A stretch of 64,000 nucleotides of DNA from Nostoc sp. DedSLP01 (GCA_034530875.2 JAVRCJ020000013.1:32001-96000), one strand, 5' to 3'. Counted from the first letter of the stretch, positions 53,745-63,565 are shown. Notes: generated by a model not told the origin, from the sequence alone. A program made the numbers and translations.

Positions 53745-54260
53745 ATGGCAAGAGTAATTTTTTATAGTAAACCAGGCTGTAAAGGTGGTACTAAGCAAAA
53801 AGTTTTGCTCACAGCTGCCGGTCATGAAGTAATAGCATACGATTTGCTAACAGAACCTTGGACGGTTGAAAGGTTGCGTTCATTTTTTGGCGATCGCCCC
53901 GTAGCCGACTGGTTTAATCGTTCTTCCCCAAGGGTAAAATCTGGTGAGATAGTTCCAGAAAAAATTGATGCCGAAACTGCTTTGATAATGATGTTGAGAG
54001 ATCCGCTGTTGATTCGCCGTCCTTTATTACAAGTAGGCGATCGCCGTGAGGTAGGATTTGATGTGGAAAAGATTGATGCTTGGATTGGCTTAAACCCTGT
54101 GGATGAATCCTTCCGAGAAATGAGCGAAAATCTTATGAATCAAGATTTGCAAGGCTGCGCCCACAATGGCAAGCACGGTCATCACGACCATCATCACGAA
54201 CAAGGTGGCTGCAAGCATCATGGAGAAGAACACCAAAAACAAGGCAGTTGTAGCCATTAG
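53745..54260 (+). CDS. Nitrogenase-associated ArsC/Spx-like protein with His-rich tail
   Basis: FYSKPGC...QK..L..AGH, WFN..SPRVKSGE, PLLIRRPL; GGAGG RBS. Confidence 0.88.
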   Translation: MARVIFYSKPGCKGGTKQKVLLTAAGHEVIAYDLLTEPWTVERLRSFFGDRPVADWFNRSSPRVKSGEIVPEKIDAETALIMMLRDPLLIRRPLLQVGDRREVGFDVEKIDAWIGLNPVDESFREMSENLMNQDLQGCAHNGKHGHHDHHHEQGGCKHHGEEHQKQGSCSH

Positions 54261-54303
54261 TGGTGATAATTTTTAAGGTTATCTAAAAACAACCTTCTGA
54301 CAT

Positions 54304-54407
54304 TTGATTGCATCGACCTGCAATGTGATTGCATCAGTCTGCAATGTGATTGCATCGGTCTGCAATGCGATTGCATCGGTCTGCAATGCGATTGCATCGG
54401 CTTGCAA
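54304..54407. repeat. 21-bp tandem repeat, about 5 copies
   Basis: Consensus GATTGCATCGGTCTGCAATGC with internal ATTGCA/TGCAAT palindrome. Confidence 0.9.
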
Positions 54408-54459
54408 CAGTTAGCGGGACTTGCAGATTTCGACTTTTCTTGTGGGGTGGGCGTCTCGC

Positions 54460-54757
54460 CATTGGTGTCAACTTAACGTAAAACCCTTGTAAAGATGTGA
54501 TATCAAGTCCGGCTAATCACTTATAATTAAAATTTCTCCGCGTCCCCGTGTCTCCGCGTCCCCGTGTCAATCTAAATGATAAGTCTTTCAGCGGACATGA
54601 TATGACATTCAGCTATCTCACTTACCATCAAGATCCGCATTACCCCACCCCGGTTTTGTCTAAAGCCAAAACCGCCCCTCCCCTTGGCAAGGGGAGGGGT
54701 TGGGGGTGGGGTAAAACGATTGTGGGGTAAAAGTTTGAGCTTAAGTTGACACCAATG
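54460..54757. mobile_element. MITE-like element with perfect 17-bp terminal inverted repeats and nested repeats
   Basis: CATTGGTGTCAACTTAA (54460-54476) and TTAAGTTGACACCAATG (54741-54757); no transposase ORF. Confidence 0.78.
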
Positions 54758-54884
54758 ACAGGATGTCCACCCCACAATATTGGATAATTTATTTGTTGGT
54801 AATCCCTAACACGTTGTTTCTTTAGAGCATTTTTCAACTACGAGTTAAGGGCATAGCAATGCTATGCCCTTACTGTGTATTTTT

Positions 54885-55844
54885 TTAACGAACTTCAGCA
54901 GTTTCTAAGGACAAATCTTGAAACATCGGGGTGCTGAGGTAGCGTTCGCCGAAGGAAGGTTGAATCATCACGATTAACTTACCGGCGTTTTCTTTGCGTT
55001 TACCGACTTGAATGGCGGCGCACAAAGCGGCACCGGAGGAGATTCCAGATAATAAGCCTTCTTCTTTTGCTAAGCGTCGTCCATAAGCGATCGCTTGATC
55101 GTCGCTGACTCTAATTACTTCGTCAACTAATTCTAAGCGCAGAACATCTGGAATAAATCCAGCGCCAATGCCTTGAATTCTATGGGGCCCGGCTTCACCG
55201 CCTGAAAGGACTGGGCTGTTGCTGGGTTCAACTGCGATCGCTTGAAAAGTCGGCTTGCGGCTTTTAATTACCTCTGCAATACCAGTAATCGTACCACCAG
55301 TACCTACTCCCGCAATTACAATATCCACTTCTCCATCTGTATCAGCCCAAATTTCTTCAGCGGTAGTTTCGCGGTGAATTTTGGGATTGGCAGGGTTGCG
55401 GAATTGTTGCAGCATATAAGCATCGGGAGTATTAGCGACAATTTCTTCGGCTTTACGAATTGCTCCCCGCATCCCCTCAGTACCCGGTGTCAACTCTAAG
55501 GATGCACCATAAGCTCTGAGCATAGCTCGTCGTTCGCTGCTCATAGTTTCCGGCATCGTCAAAATTAACTTGTAACCCCGGGCTGCTGCTACCATTGCTA
55601 AGGCAATTCCTGTATTACCTGAGGTAGGTTCTACTAAAACGGTTTTTCCTGGATGAATTAAACCGTCTGCTTCTGCGGCGAGTACCATATTTAAGCCAAT
55701 ACGGTCTTTTACCGAAGCTGCTGGGTTCATTCCTTCGAGTTTGACGACTATTCTTGCAAGTACTCCCTCAGCTTGAGGAATTTTGTTCAACTCAACTAAA
55801 GGAGTTCGTCCAATCAGTTCTGTTACATCCTTAGCAATTCGCAT
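54885..55844 (-). CDS. cysK: Cysteine synthase A
   Basis: [46 protein letters not shown]. Confidence 0.96.
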   Translation of the reverse strand: MRIAKDVTELIGRTPLVELNKIPQAEGVLARIVVKLEGMNPAASVKDRIGLNMVLAAEADGLIHPGKTVLVEPTSGNTGIALAMVAAARGYKLILTMPETMSSERRAMLRAYGASLELTPGTEGMRGAIRKAEEIVANTPDAYMLQQFRNPANPKIHRETTAEEIWADTDGEVDIVIAGVGTGGTITGIAEVIKSRKPTFQAIAVEPSNSPVLSGGEAGPHRIQGIGAGFIPDVLRLELVDEVIRVSDDQAIAYGRRLAKEEGLLSGISSGAALCAAIQVGKRKENAGKLIVMIQPSFGERYLSTPMFQDLSLETAEVR

Positions 55845-56138
55845 TATTTAACCCCTAAAATTCTAAATCTTAGTGCAGAGTATGTACTTATAACAATAAG
55901 CTTTTGTGTATTTGTTTTTGTAGTTAAGTGCAAATGATTGTACATGATTATGTATTTTAGCTAAAGCACAAAATATATAAGTTTCCGAAGAACTTTTCCC
56001 AAATGTTGTCTTAGAAGAACCGAGATGTTAGCCGCTATCCTTCAATTTGTTATGAAAATATGAATTAATCAGCAAAAATTTAATTGCCTTTTCTATTTAT
56101 TCAGTCTATCCTTCTCAACAGATATTGATATTTAGTTT

Positions 56139-56334
56139 TGAGTACAAATTTTGTCACCCAAAAATCCACAAAAAACAGCCTTCAATCCTTACATACATTG
56201 CTTTAAGGTTGAGTACTCCACAGACCAGAACCCCACCTCAAAAATACTAGAACCCCATCTGAAAAACACTAGCACCCATACCCCAATGAATTTTTAAAAT
56301 GCTTATCAGGCAATAATTACAGGCTTTGAGTACT
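56139..56334 (+). promoter_or_regulatory. Three TGAGTAC motifs (candidate CnfR-responsive elements)
   Basis: TGAGTACA 56139, TGAGTACT 56210, TGAGTACT 56327, in the divergent cysK/56838 intergenic region. Confidence 0.4.
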
Positions 56335-56837
56335 ATTTTAATGAATTTAATAATCTTAACGGGACTGGGGTAAACTGTTTTGTGTAGAGGTGGCTGATAT
56401 AAATCGTATAGGATTTACGCAGAGATTCCCCTCTACCCCCCAACATTCCTAAGCGAAAGCTTAACGAACTAGGGGGGACTTCTTAATCTCTCTTTTGCGA
56501 TTAGGATGAAACTACACTCGAGGATATGAAGGCGTTATTCCTAAGTAAAGATTCCTATTTTTTGTGAAAAGTTTGGTATTTTATTAATGGTTAATAGTCA
56601 GAAGTAATTAGATAAATAACTGACAATTAATGATTTTAAAATTACCTTCTACACATATTTTAGCATCAGAATTGTTTCAAAAGTAAAAATCTAGCAGATC
56701 ACAGGTAAACGAGATACAAGTTTTAAGAACAAAGCCATAATCTCAAGAGACTTTTAACTCTGTTTTCTGTTCCCTGTTCCCTGCTTGATAAAGATATTTT
56801 CTTACTGGGTGCATACTACCTGGCAAGGGAGAGCAAG

Positions 56838-57257
56838 ATGAAAGCCAAATTTTTAAATGTTCTTACAGTTTGTGTAGTTACCTTAGCGGTGCTTTCTCCA
56901 GAGCTAGTAGTATTTGGCATCATTTGGGAGCGACATATTGAGTTCCTAAAATCACAGAATTTAGCTTGTGAAGTTAGCAAAGCTGGTGTGGCGATCGCTG
57001 CGACTCCCCAGACAGAAAATATACCATTACCTCAGACTAAAATACAAACCTCTGAGCAAAATCTGGTTAAAAAAATGCTAATTTTTACTGAGCAATATAA
57101 ACTTGGCACAATCCTACAATGGTTCTTCTTGTTAACCCCGATTTGTGTAGGGTTAGGTATTATCTTTTACGACAGGTATCTTGTTTATCGCGCTGCTGTT
57201 TTAAAAGAACAAGTTGAAATGTTGGAAAGGCTGTGGCAGCAAAGTATTGAACAGTAA
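56838..57257 (+). CDS. Hypothetical membrane protein
   Basis: Two hydrophobic segments; C-terminal LKEQVEMLERLWQ. Confidence 0.75.
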   Translation: MKAKFLNVLTVCVVTLAVLSPELVVFGIIWERHIEFLKSQNLACEVSKAGVAIAATPQTENIPLPQTKIQTSEQNLVKKMLIFTEQYKLGTILQWFFLLTPICVGLGIIFYDRYLVYRAAVLKEQVEMLERLWQQSIEQ

Positions 57258-57340
57258 ACCGGGCATTATAAAACTTATTTAGAGATTTTAAACTCTCTGG
57301 ATACGCTTCAAATTTGTTCCTTCAAATCCAGAAAATAACC

Positions 57341-57607
57341 ATGACAGAACAACGCCAAAACTTGTATTTTAACCTGATTGATGAACTATTAAAATGCCCT
57401 AACGGTCAGGAACCAGAAGTTTTAGAATCTCATCCAGAATTAATTGATTCTGGTTTAGTAGAAACAATGTTACAAGTAGCAACTATGTTCGCCCATGAAG
57501 GCAACCAAGACGGTGCAAAATTTTTATTTTTTGTTGCCCGCGAACTAGCGAAACAACTGGGTTTATATCCTGAAGTTCCCAACTCTGAAGTTGCTAATAA
57601 GGAGTAA
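57341..57607 (+). CDS. Conserved small helical protein
   Basis: YFNLIDELLKCPNGQEPEVL...A.FL pattern, seen at the N-termini of cyanobacterial TPR proteins. Confidence 0.75.
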   Translation: MTEQRQNLYFNLIDELLKCPNGQEPEVLESHPELIDSGLVETMLQVATMFAHEGNQDGAKFLFFVARELAKQLGLYPEVPNSEVANKE

Positions 57608-57609
57608 AA

Positions 57610-57921
57610 ATGCTATTGACTTCAACTGATGCCGGACAAATAGCTTTAGAGCTACTCATGGCAGATTGGAACATTTCAGAAGAAAATAGAGAGTGGTTTA
57701 CAATCTTTAACTCTCGGTTAACTGGTGAGAGTTGGTACATTGTAGAACTAGGCGTAGAAGGATTTCCCGATCGCTGGTTTATTCAAGTGTATGACAATGG
57801 AGTTTGCGATCCAAACTATACATTTATTTCACCGATCGGCGGCTCTGAAGGCTTTACAGACTTAGTAAATCTGCCGGATATTGTCGCTGAGGTTTTAGTT
57901 TGCGAACGCAATGCTCGGTAA
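57610..57921 (+). CDS. Conserved hypothetical acidic protein
   Basis: AAGGAG RBS overlapping the end of the upstream gene; WYIVELGVEGFPDRW.IQVYD.G.CDP. Confidence 0.8.
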   Translation: MLLTSTDAGQIALELLMADWNISEENREWFTIFNSRLTGESWYIVELGVEGFPDRWFIQVYDNGVCDPNYTFISPIGGSEGFTDLVNLPDIVAEVLVCERNAR

Positions 57922-58237
57922 TAACAATTAAAAATTAAAAATAAGAATTCAGAATTCAGAATTCAGAATTAAAAAGAGGTGTACCAAATCAGGTATACCT
58001 CTTTTTGTGTAATATGCAGCAAAATTTAAAATTCACCAGCCAGAAAATGTAGGATGCCTTATGGCGTAGGCATAAGACATCATCAACTATTTAAAGTACT
58101 AAATATTTCTAAATTCTGACTTCTGACTTCTCATTTAATCTTTTATTTCAGTTAAATAAAGTAAATTGTCATATTTAATTGACAAGATTATGTTATATTA
58201 AATTAGAGCGATCGACGCTACAGAAATATTAGTTGAA

Positions 58238-58573
58238 ATGATTGCTGAAGACATCTTAGCTAAAGAATTCACAAGAGTCGTCAACCACTACTATCCCAAA
58301 GCTGGAGAATTACTAGACGGGTGTTATGTGAAAGTGATTACCTGTTTTTGGGGACGACCGGCAAGACGCTTGCAATATATAGGAATCTATTGCTCTGCTG
58401 AAATGATTCCTTACGTACAAGCTCACAAAGAAATACTGCGAGAAGTGGCAGACAACATGGGTCTAGTGCAAGTAGTTTGCATAAATGCCAAGCGATTATT
58501 ACGCGACCCAATGTCGAAACTTAAAGAAAATAATCCACGCCTATGGTTGGAGTTGCAGTGGGTTGCTACTTAG
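58238..58573 (+). CDS. Conserved hypothetical protein
   Basis: Co-oriented ORF in gene run; LLRDPMSKLK. Confidence 0.75.
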   Translation: MIAEDILAKEFTRVVNHYYPKAGELLDGCYVKVITCFWGRPARRLQYIGIYCSAEMIPYVQAHKEILREVADNMGLVQVVCINAKRLLRDPMSKLKENNPRLWLELQWVAT

Positions 58574-58710
58574 TAGTTTGTCAAGCCAGTTTGTCAAGCT
58601 AAAATTGGCGGTTTCAGGGTGACAGAAAGAGTTTTAAATCGAAAAAAGTTGTCTTGACACACTACTAAATAGCCAGCACACACGGTGGGTAAAAAGTATC
58701 AACGCAAGTA

Positions 58711-59715
58711 ATGAAAACTGGAATTTTCTGCAATTACGAAAATCATCACCAAGATGCTCGTCGCGCCATTTTTGAGCAAGTAACGCTGATAAAACAGGCA
58801 GAAAGCTTAAGTTTTCAAGAAGCCTGGGTAAGCGAACATCATTTTAGTGAATCCAATCTTAGCCCATCCATGTTAGTGTTAATGGCACACTTGGCGGGAT
58901 TGACTTCAACTATCAAATTAGGCACAGCGGCCGTGTTATTGCCATTTCATAACCCAATTCGGGTAGCAGAAGACATCGCCACTTTGGATAATTTGTGCAA
59001 TGGACGATTATTATTTGGAGTTGCTAAAGGAGGGCCTTTCCCTCAACAAAACAAGCATTTTGCAACACCAATGAGCGAATCGCGTGGCAAAATGTTAGAG
59101 GCAATGGCATTGATTGAGAAGCTTTTATATGAAACTAACGTATCATTTAATGGGCAATATTATCAATGCGATCGCCTGACAATTTACCCCAAACCATTGC
59201 AACAAAAAATTCCCGTCTATGTTGCCACTGGTGGTGATGATGGTATCGAGTTTGCCGCCAAACATTCTTTCAGTTTGATGGGTGGCCCGCCGTTCTCCTT
59301 ACAAAGATTGAAGAGTACCATTGCCAAATATCAAGCGTTGAATGCTAGTGGTGCAGAAAAGTTTGTGCTGGCACGCTTCTTTTACGTTGGCAAAACTAAC
59401 GATGAGGCTGTGAGTGAAGCGTTACCTTTCATTCGCAAATTCAGCCAAAAAATGAAAGCTAATTCGGCCGAAGTAATGCAAAGTGCGAATCCCGGTCATA
59501 ATCAATTCGATCGCACAAATATTTGTTTCGATGAAGACTATTTAATTGAGAACTCAATTATCGGTGATGTGGAGACTTGTCGAGACAAAATCAAAAAATT
59601 TCAGGACGAATTAAACTTAGGTACGTTAGCACTCAAACCCTCATCTTTAGACGTGCAAAAAAACCTGGAGAGTTTGACGCGCTACAACCAAGAGGTGCGA
59701 AATTATGTCTTCTAA
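58711..59715 (+). CDS. Luciferase-like (LLM) flavin-dependent monooxygenase
   Basis: WVSEHHF, IKLGTAAVLLPFHNPIRVAEDIATLD, GRLLFGV, PKPLQ. Confidence 0.93.
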   Translation: MKTGIFCNYENHHQDARRAIFEQVTLIKQAESLSFQEAWVSEHHFSESNLSPSMLVLMAHLAGLTSTIKLGTAAVLLPFHNPIRVAEDIATLDNLCNGRLLFGVAKGGPFPQQNKHFATPMSESRGKMLEAMALIEKLLYETNVSFNGQYYQCDRLTIYPKPLQQKIPVYVATGGDDGIEFAAKHSFSLMGGPPFSLQRLKSTIAKYQALNASGAEKFVLARFFYVGKTNDEAVSEALPFIRKFSQKMKANSAEVMQSANPGHNQFDRTNICFDEDYLIENSIIGDVETCRDKIKKFQDELNLGTLALKPSSLDVQKNLESLTRYNQEVRNYVF

Positions 59716-60079
59716 ATTACACCTGCTACCTCCCGATGATTTACCTCCAACTGAGGTAACAAGAGAGGATGGAATGTTGCAGATGGAATTAGAACAGTCC
59801 ATAGGCAGATGCTTTTTTTTAGCCTGCGATCGCATTACGCGAGTACTGTTATCTAATTGTCAGTGGTATCTGACAACAAATGCCAACATTCTCACATTAA
59901 TTATTGATTGCCCCGACTTAGTATCTTACTGGCATATTGTCAGCAATATTCCCCAGTTAGGTAATCGCTTAGAGAGATTTTCTACTAACGCCAAAATACG
60001 CGTTTATCCACCATTTGGCAAAGGAATGCCCTTTGAAATTGGCGTCAATGAAATCTCTGCTTATCGAGATTGGCTTTAG
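59705..60079 (+). CDS. Conserved hypothetical protein
   Basis: Overlaps the LLM stop; GAGG RBS; CQWY...LIIDCPD. Confidence 0.78.
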   Translation: MSSKLHLLPPDDLPPTEVTREDGMLQMELEQSIGRCFFLACDRITRVLLSNCQWYLTTNANILTLIIDCPDLVSYWHIVSNIPQLGNRLERFSTNAKIRVYPPFGKGMPFEIGVNEISAYRDWL

Positions 60080-60183
60080 GTCGATAAACGTCATATTGTC
60101 TCACACCCTGTACTCTTAGAGTGCAGGGTTTTGTCATTTAAGAAGAATTAAAATTTTGTATATATCTACTAGTTATATTCAAG

Positions 60184-60558
60184 TTAAATATTAAATTTTT
60201 TCTTCAAAATTTCTCTCAGCACGTTATTAGCTCTCTCTATAAAGTCTTCTTCCGCTTCGGTTTCATGCGGTTCACCAATTTCTTTACTTAAAGATGATAT
60301 GACCTCTTTTGAGGTTGCATATTCAGAAACTTCCTGACTAAATTTTTCCTTTTTTATTTGTGTATCATCTAGCCCAAATAATGTAGTTGCAACAGATGCA
60401 ATACTTATTTGAGTTGCAGCAGCAATGGAAGCTTGTATTGTAGATACATTAATGCCTTTAAAGTCATTCTGATTTTTTGTATCTGCTTGCCAAAAATTTT
60501 CAAAATTAAGATTTTCTAAATTCTTTTGAATTTTAGAGTCTTTTGAATGATTTTCCAT
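60184..60558 (-). CDS. AT-rich hypothetical protein
   Basis: 124-aa ORF in very AT-rich DNA; no motif recognised. Confidence 0.55.
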   Translation of the reverse strand: MENHSKDSKIQKNLENLNFENFWQADTKNQNDFKGINVSTIQASIAAATQISIASVATTLFGLDDTQIKKEKFSQEVSEYATSKEVISSLSKEIGEPHETEAEEDFIERANNVLREILKKKFNI

Positions 60559-60577
60559 ACTCTTTCAATGACATTAA

Positions 60578-60787
60578 CTAAATATTTTTGTTCTTGCGCC
60601 AATACCTATAGTAATTCCGAAATACTTCTGTAAATTCTTTAACTATTAACTCAATAATTTCTTTTTTGATACTATCAGGTACTTTTTCCCATAATGAAAA
60701 TAACCATTGAAAAAAACTGAAAATAAGATGGAGCATAATAAAAGATAATTTAAGTAAGTTTTTTTTAGAACTTAGACCCCATTGCAA
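60578..60787 (-). CDS. AT-rich small hypothetical protein
   Basis: Amphipathic/hydrophobic short ORF co-oriented with 60184-60558; start uncertain. Confidence 0.4.
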   Translation of the reverse strand: MQWGLSSKKNLLKLSFIMLHLIFSFFQWLFSLWEKVPDSIKKEIIELIVKEFTEVFRNYYRYWRKNKNI

Positions 60788-60866
60788 AATTTAGCAATAA
60801 TCAGAATAAATATATAAACACAATATACATAATGACTATCGTATTTTTACTTAAATACAATAAGCT

Positions 60867-61244
60867 ATAATTCGAGAAGCTTTACAAGTTATACGCGCCG
60901 ACGAACAACTAAATCAATTAGAAACAGTTTTGGCGTTTTTTGCCACGTTTGTAATAGAGAGTGCCCTAGTCCAGGAAATCATGAGGTGGGATATGACTGT
61001 GTTGCGTGAGTCGCCTTGGTATCAAGAAATTTTACGTGAAGGAGAAGCGCGAGGAGAAGCGCGTGGACGACGAGAGGAACTATATTCAGGTATTCAATTA
61101 GCACTGGAAATTAAATTTGGAACTCCTGGCTTAAATTTGATGCCAATGATTTACCAAATTACAGATTTACAGCGATTAAAAGAGATTCAGCAGGCTATCA
61201 AAACGGTGAATAAAGTTGAAGAATTACAGCGAATTTGTGAGTAA
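60867..61244 (+). pseudogene. 5'-truncated Rpn/DUF4351-type (PD-(D/E)xK transposase-like) gene
   Basis: Frame reads IREALQVIRADEQLNQLETVLAFFATFV...MRWDMTVLRESPWYQEIL.EGEARGEARG..LEIKFG; in-frame stop at 60861 and no N-terminal domain. Confidence 0.75.
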
Positions 61245-61311
61245 ATTGTTAGCGAGAAAGGGGTGGCGATCGCTATTTTTACAATTTCACCCAAATAGCG
61301 TATCATTATAT

Positions 61312-62166
61312 TCACGCCGTAATTACTGCTGACATATTTGTTATCTTTTCAGTTAGCCATTTATACCAACTATCTAAGTCTAAACCAGTAGTTGCAGAAA
61401 CCTCAAAAATCTGAATTTTGGGATTAACCTGCTTCGCGTATTCCATGCACTTTTGCACATCAAATTGCACGTAAGGTAGCAAATCAATTTTAGTCAAAAT
61501 CATGATGTCGCTAGCGCGGAACATGTGGGGGTATTTTATCGGCTTATCTTCACCTTCCGTGACAGACAAAATTACTACTTTAGAAAATTCTCCTAAATCA
61601 AATAAAGCTGGACAAACCAAATTTCCCACATTTTCAATCATCACAACTGAATTCAACGGTGGGTTTAGTTGTTGTAAACCCCTGTCTATCATCGATGCGT
61701 CTAAATGACAGCCTGTTCCGGTATTAATTTGGATGACTTTACAACCTGTTTCTTGAATTTTTTTAGCATCATTAGTAGTTTCTTGGTCGCCTTCAATGAC
61801 GCTAATAGATAGTTGATGTTTTAAATCATTGATGGTGCGAGTTAAAAGAGTTGTTTTCCCCGCACCAGGAGAACTCATTAAATTTAAAGCGAGAATATTG
61901 CGACCTTTAAACCATCCGCGATTTTGGGCTGCGATTAAATTATTTTTTGCTAATATATCTTGTTCTAATGATATAGTTGTGCCATGTATTTTGGCGTGAA
62001 CTTGAGATGCTTCTGTGTGAGTATCGTGATTGTGGGAATGAGTAATTACAGTGCCATCAGCTAAAGTATGAGTGTGAGTATGGTGATGATTATGTTCGGT
62101 TTCACTTACTTCTAAATTTGTAATTTTGGTTTCGCCATCATCAGAACAACCGCAGGTTACACACAT
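61312..62166 (-). CDS. hypB: Hydrogenase nickel incorporation GTPase
   Basis: MCVTCGC, His-rich linker, SSPGAGKT, GTGCHLDA, ENVGNLVCPA, TKID. Confidence 0.97.
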   Translation of the reverse strand: MCVTCGCSDDGETKITNLEVSETEHNHHHTHTHTLADGTVITHSHNHDTHTEASQVHAKIHGTTISLEQDILAKNNLIAAQNRGWFKGRNILALNLMSSPGAGKTTLLTRTINDLKHQLSISVIEGDQETTNDAKKIQETGCKVIQINTGTGCHLDASMIDRGLQQLNPPLNSVVMIENVGNLVCPALFDLGEFSKVVILSVTEGEDKPIKYPHMFRASDIMILTKIDLLPYVQFDVQKCMEYAKQVNPKIQIFEVSATTGLDLDSWYKWLTEKITNMSAVITA

Positions 62167-62498
62167 AATTCCTCTATTTCGATTTCTTTAATTTTGAGTT
62201 CTTCACCAGATACTAAATGTAATTCCACGCTACCGCAATTACAGCTACCAAATGGTTTATCCAAATAAATTTCTGCACCGCATTGCTGACATCGCGCTAA
62301 ACCGGGAATTTCCAAAATTTCTAATGTTGCCCCTTGTAAAACTGTGCCTTGAGTGCAAATATCGAAACAAAATCGAATAGCATCGGGCATAATAGCTGAA
62401 AGTTTGCCAATTTCTAAGGAAACTCGTTGTACTTTTGCACCTTTGGCGTGTTCTGCTACAATTGCTACGATATTTTGGGTAATTCCTAGTTCATGCAT
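62157..62498 (-). CDS. hypA: Hydrogenase nickel metallochaperone
   Basis: MHE start, CQQC...CNC. Confidence 0.96.
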   Translation of the reverse strand: MHELGITQNIVAIVAEHAKGAKVQRVSLEIGKLSAIMPDAIRFCFDICTQGTVLQGATLEILEIPGLARCQQCGAEIYLDKPFGSCNCGSVELHLVSGEELKIKEIEIEELCV

Positions 62499-62518
62499 AT
62501 AAAAAAGTATCTTAAAGA

Positions 62519-63565
62519 TTAACAAATTCGTGGCAATTGATCGCCTACTAACATATCAACAATACGTTCGGCACCAAAAATTGTTTTTAACAATACAATA
62601 CCTGGAGGTGAACTTATTACTTCCCCAATAATAGAAGCATCTTTTCCTGCGGGATGCGATTTCATAGCTGATAAGATAGATTCGGCATATTCTTTTTTTG
62701 CCACTACAACTAACTTACCTTCGTTAGCTAGATAAAATGGATCTAAACCTAAAATTTCGCAAAAACCTTTTACCTCTTCACGCACTGGAATAGATTCTTC
62801 GTAGAGACGAATTCCCACATTGGAACTAACAGCAAATTCATTCAAAACTGTTGCTAAACCTCCGCGTGTTGCGTCCCGCATTGCATGAACTTGGGGACAG
62901 ACATTGAGGATAGTTTGTACTAAATCATGCAACGGCTGACAGTCACTTTCAATATTAGTTTCTAAAGCTAATTCTCCACGGGCAATTAAAATTGCTGCCC
63001 CATGATTACCTAATTCACCATTAATAATTACAGCATCGCCAGGTTGAATATTGTGGGCAGAGATGTTGATTCCTTGCGGGATGATACCAATACCAGCAGT
63101 ATTAATAAATAGTTTATCAGCAGCACCGCGATGTACAACTTTTGTGTCGCCAGTGACAATTTGAACGCCAGCTTTTGTTGCGGCTGCTTTCATACTGGCT
63201 ACAATGCATCGCAATGTTTCTACTGGTAATCCTTCTTCTAAAATAACGCTACAAGTTAAATATAAAGGTTTAGCGCCGCTGACGGCTAAATCATTAATTG
63301 TGCCGTTAATGGCTAATTCTCCGATATCGCTACCGGGAAAAAATAAAGGATCTACAGTATATGAATCTGTGGTAAAAGCGAGTCTGTCTCCTTGTTGTAA
63401 AAGTGGGGCTAAATTGAAGGTTGCTTGGTCTTCTAATTGGGAGAGAATTGGGTTATTAAAAGTATTAACAAAGATGTCGTCAATTAAATCGCGCATGGCT
63501 TTACCACCGCTACCATGTGCGAGAGTTATGTGAGTGTCTTGGATTTTATGGTGACGGAAGTGCAT
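62519..63565 (-). CDS. hypE: Hydrogenase maturation carbamoyl dehydratase
   Basis: LAHGSGG, FTTDS, GDTKVV, RDATRGG, ANEGK, C-terminal LPRIC. Confidence 0.96.
   Translation of the reverse strand: MHFRHHKIQDTHITLAHGSGGKAMRDLIDDIFVNTFNNPILSQLEDQATFNLAPLLQQGDRLAFTTDSYTVDPLFFPGSDIGELAINGTINDLAVSGAKPLYLTCSVILEEGLPVETLRCIVASMKAAATKAGVQIVTGDTKVVHRGAADKLFINTAGIGIIPQGINISAHNIQPGDAVIINGELGNHGAAILIARGELALETNIESDCQPLHDLVQTILNVCPQVHAMRDATRGGLATVLNEFAVSSNVGIRLYEESIPVREEVKGFCEILGLDPFYLANEGKLVVVAKKEYAESILSAMKSHPAGKDASIIGEVISSPPGIVLLKTIFGAERIVDMLVGDQLPRIC

Noticed and set aside
54304..54407. Possible CRISPR array
   Set aside because: Units are directly adjacent with no unique spacers, and there are no cas genes in the window
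54548..54837. Three short ORFs
   Set aside because: All lie within or across the nested MITE/palindrome structure
58711..59715. Bioluminescence (lux) system
   Set aside because: Single LLM-family gene with no luxB, luxC, luxD or luxE partners
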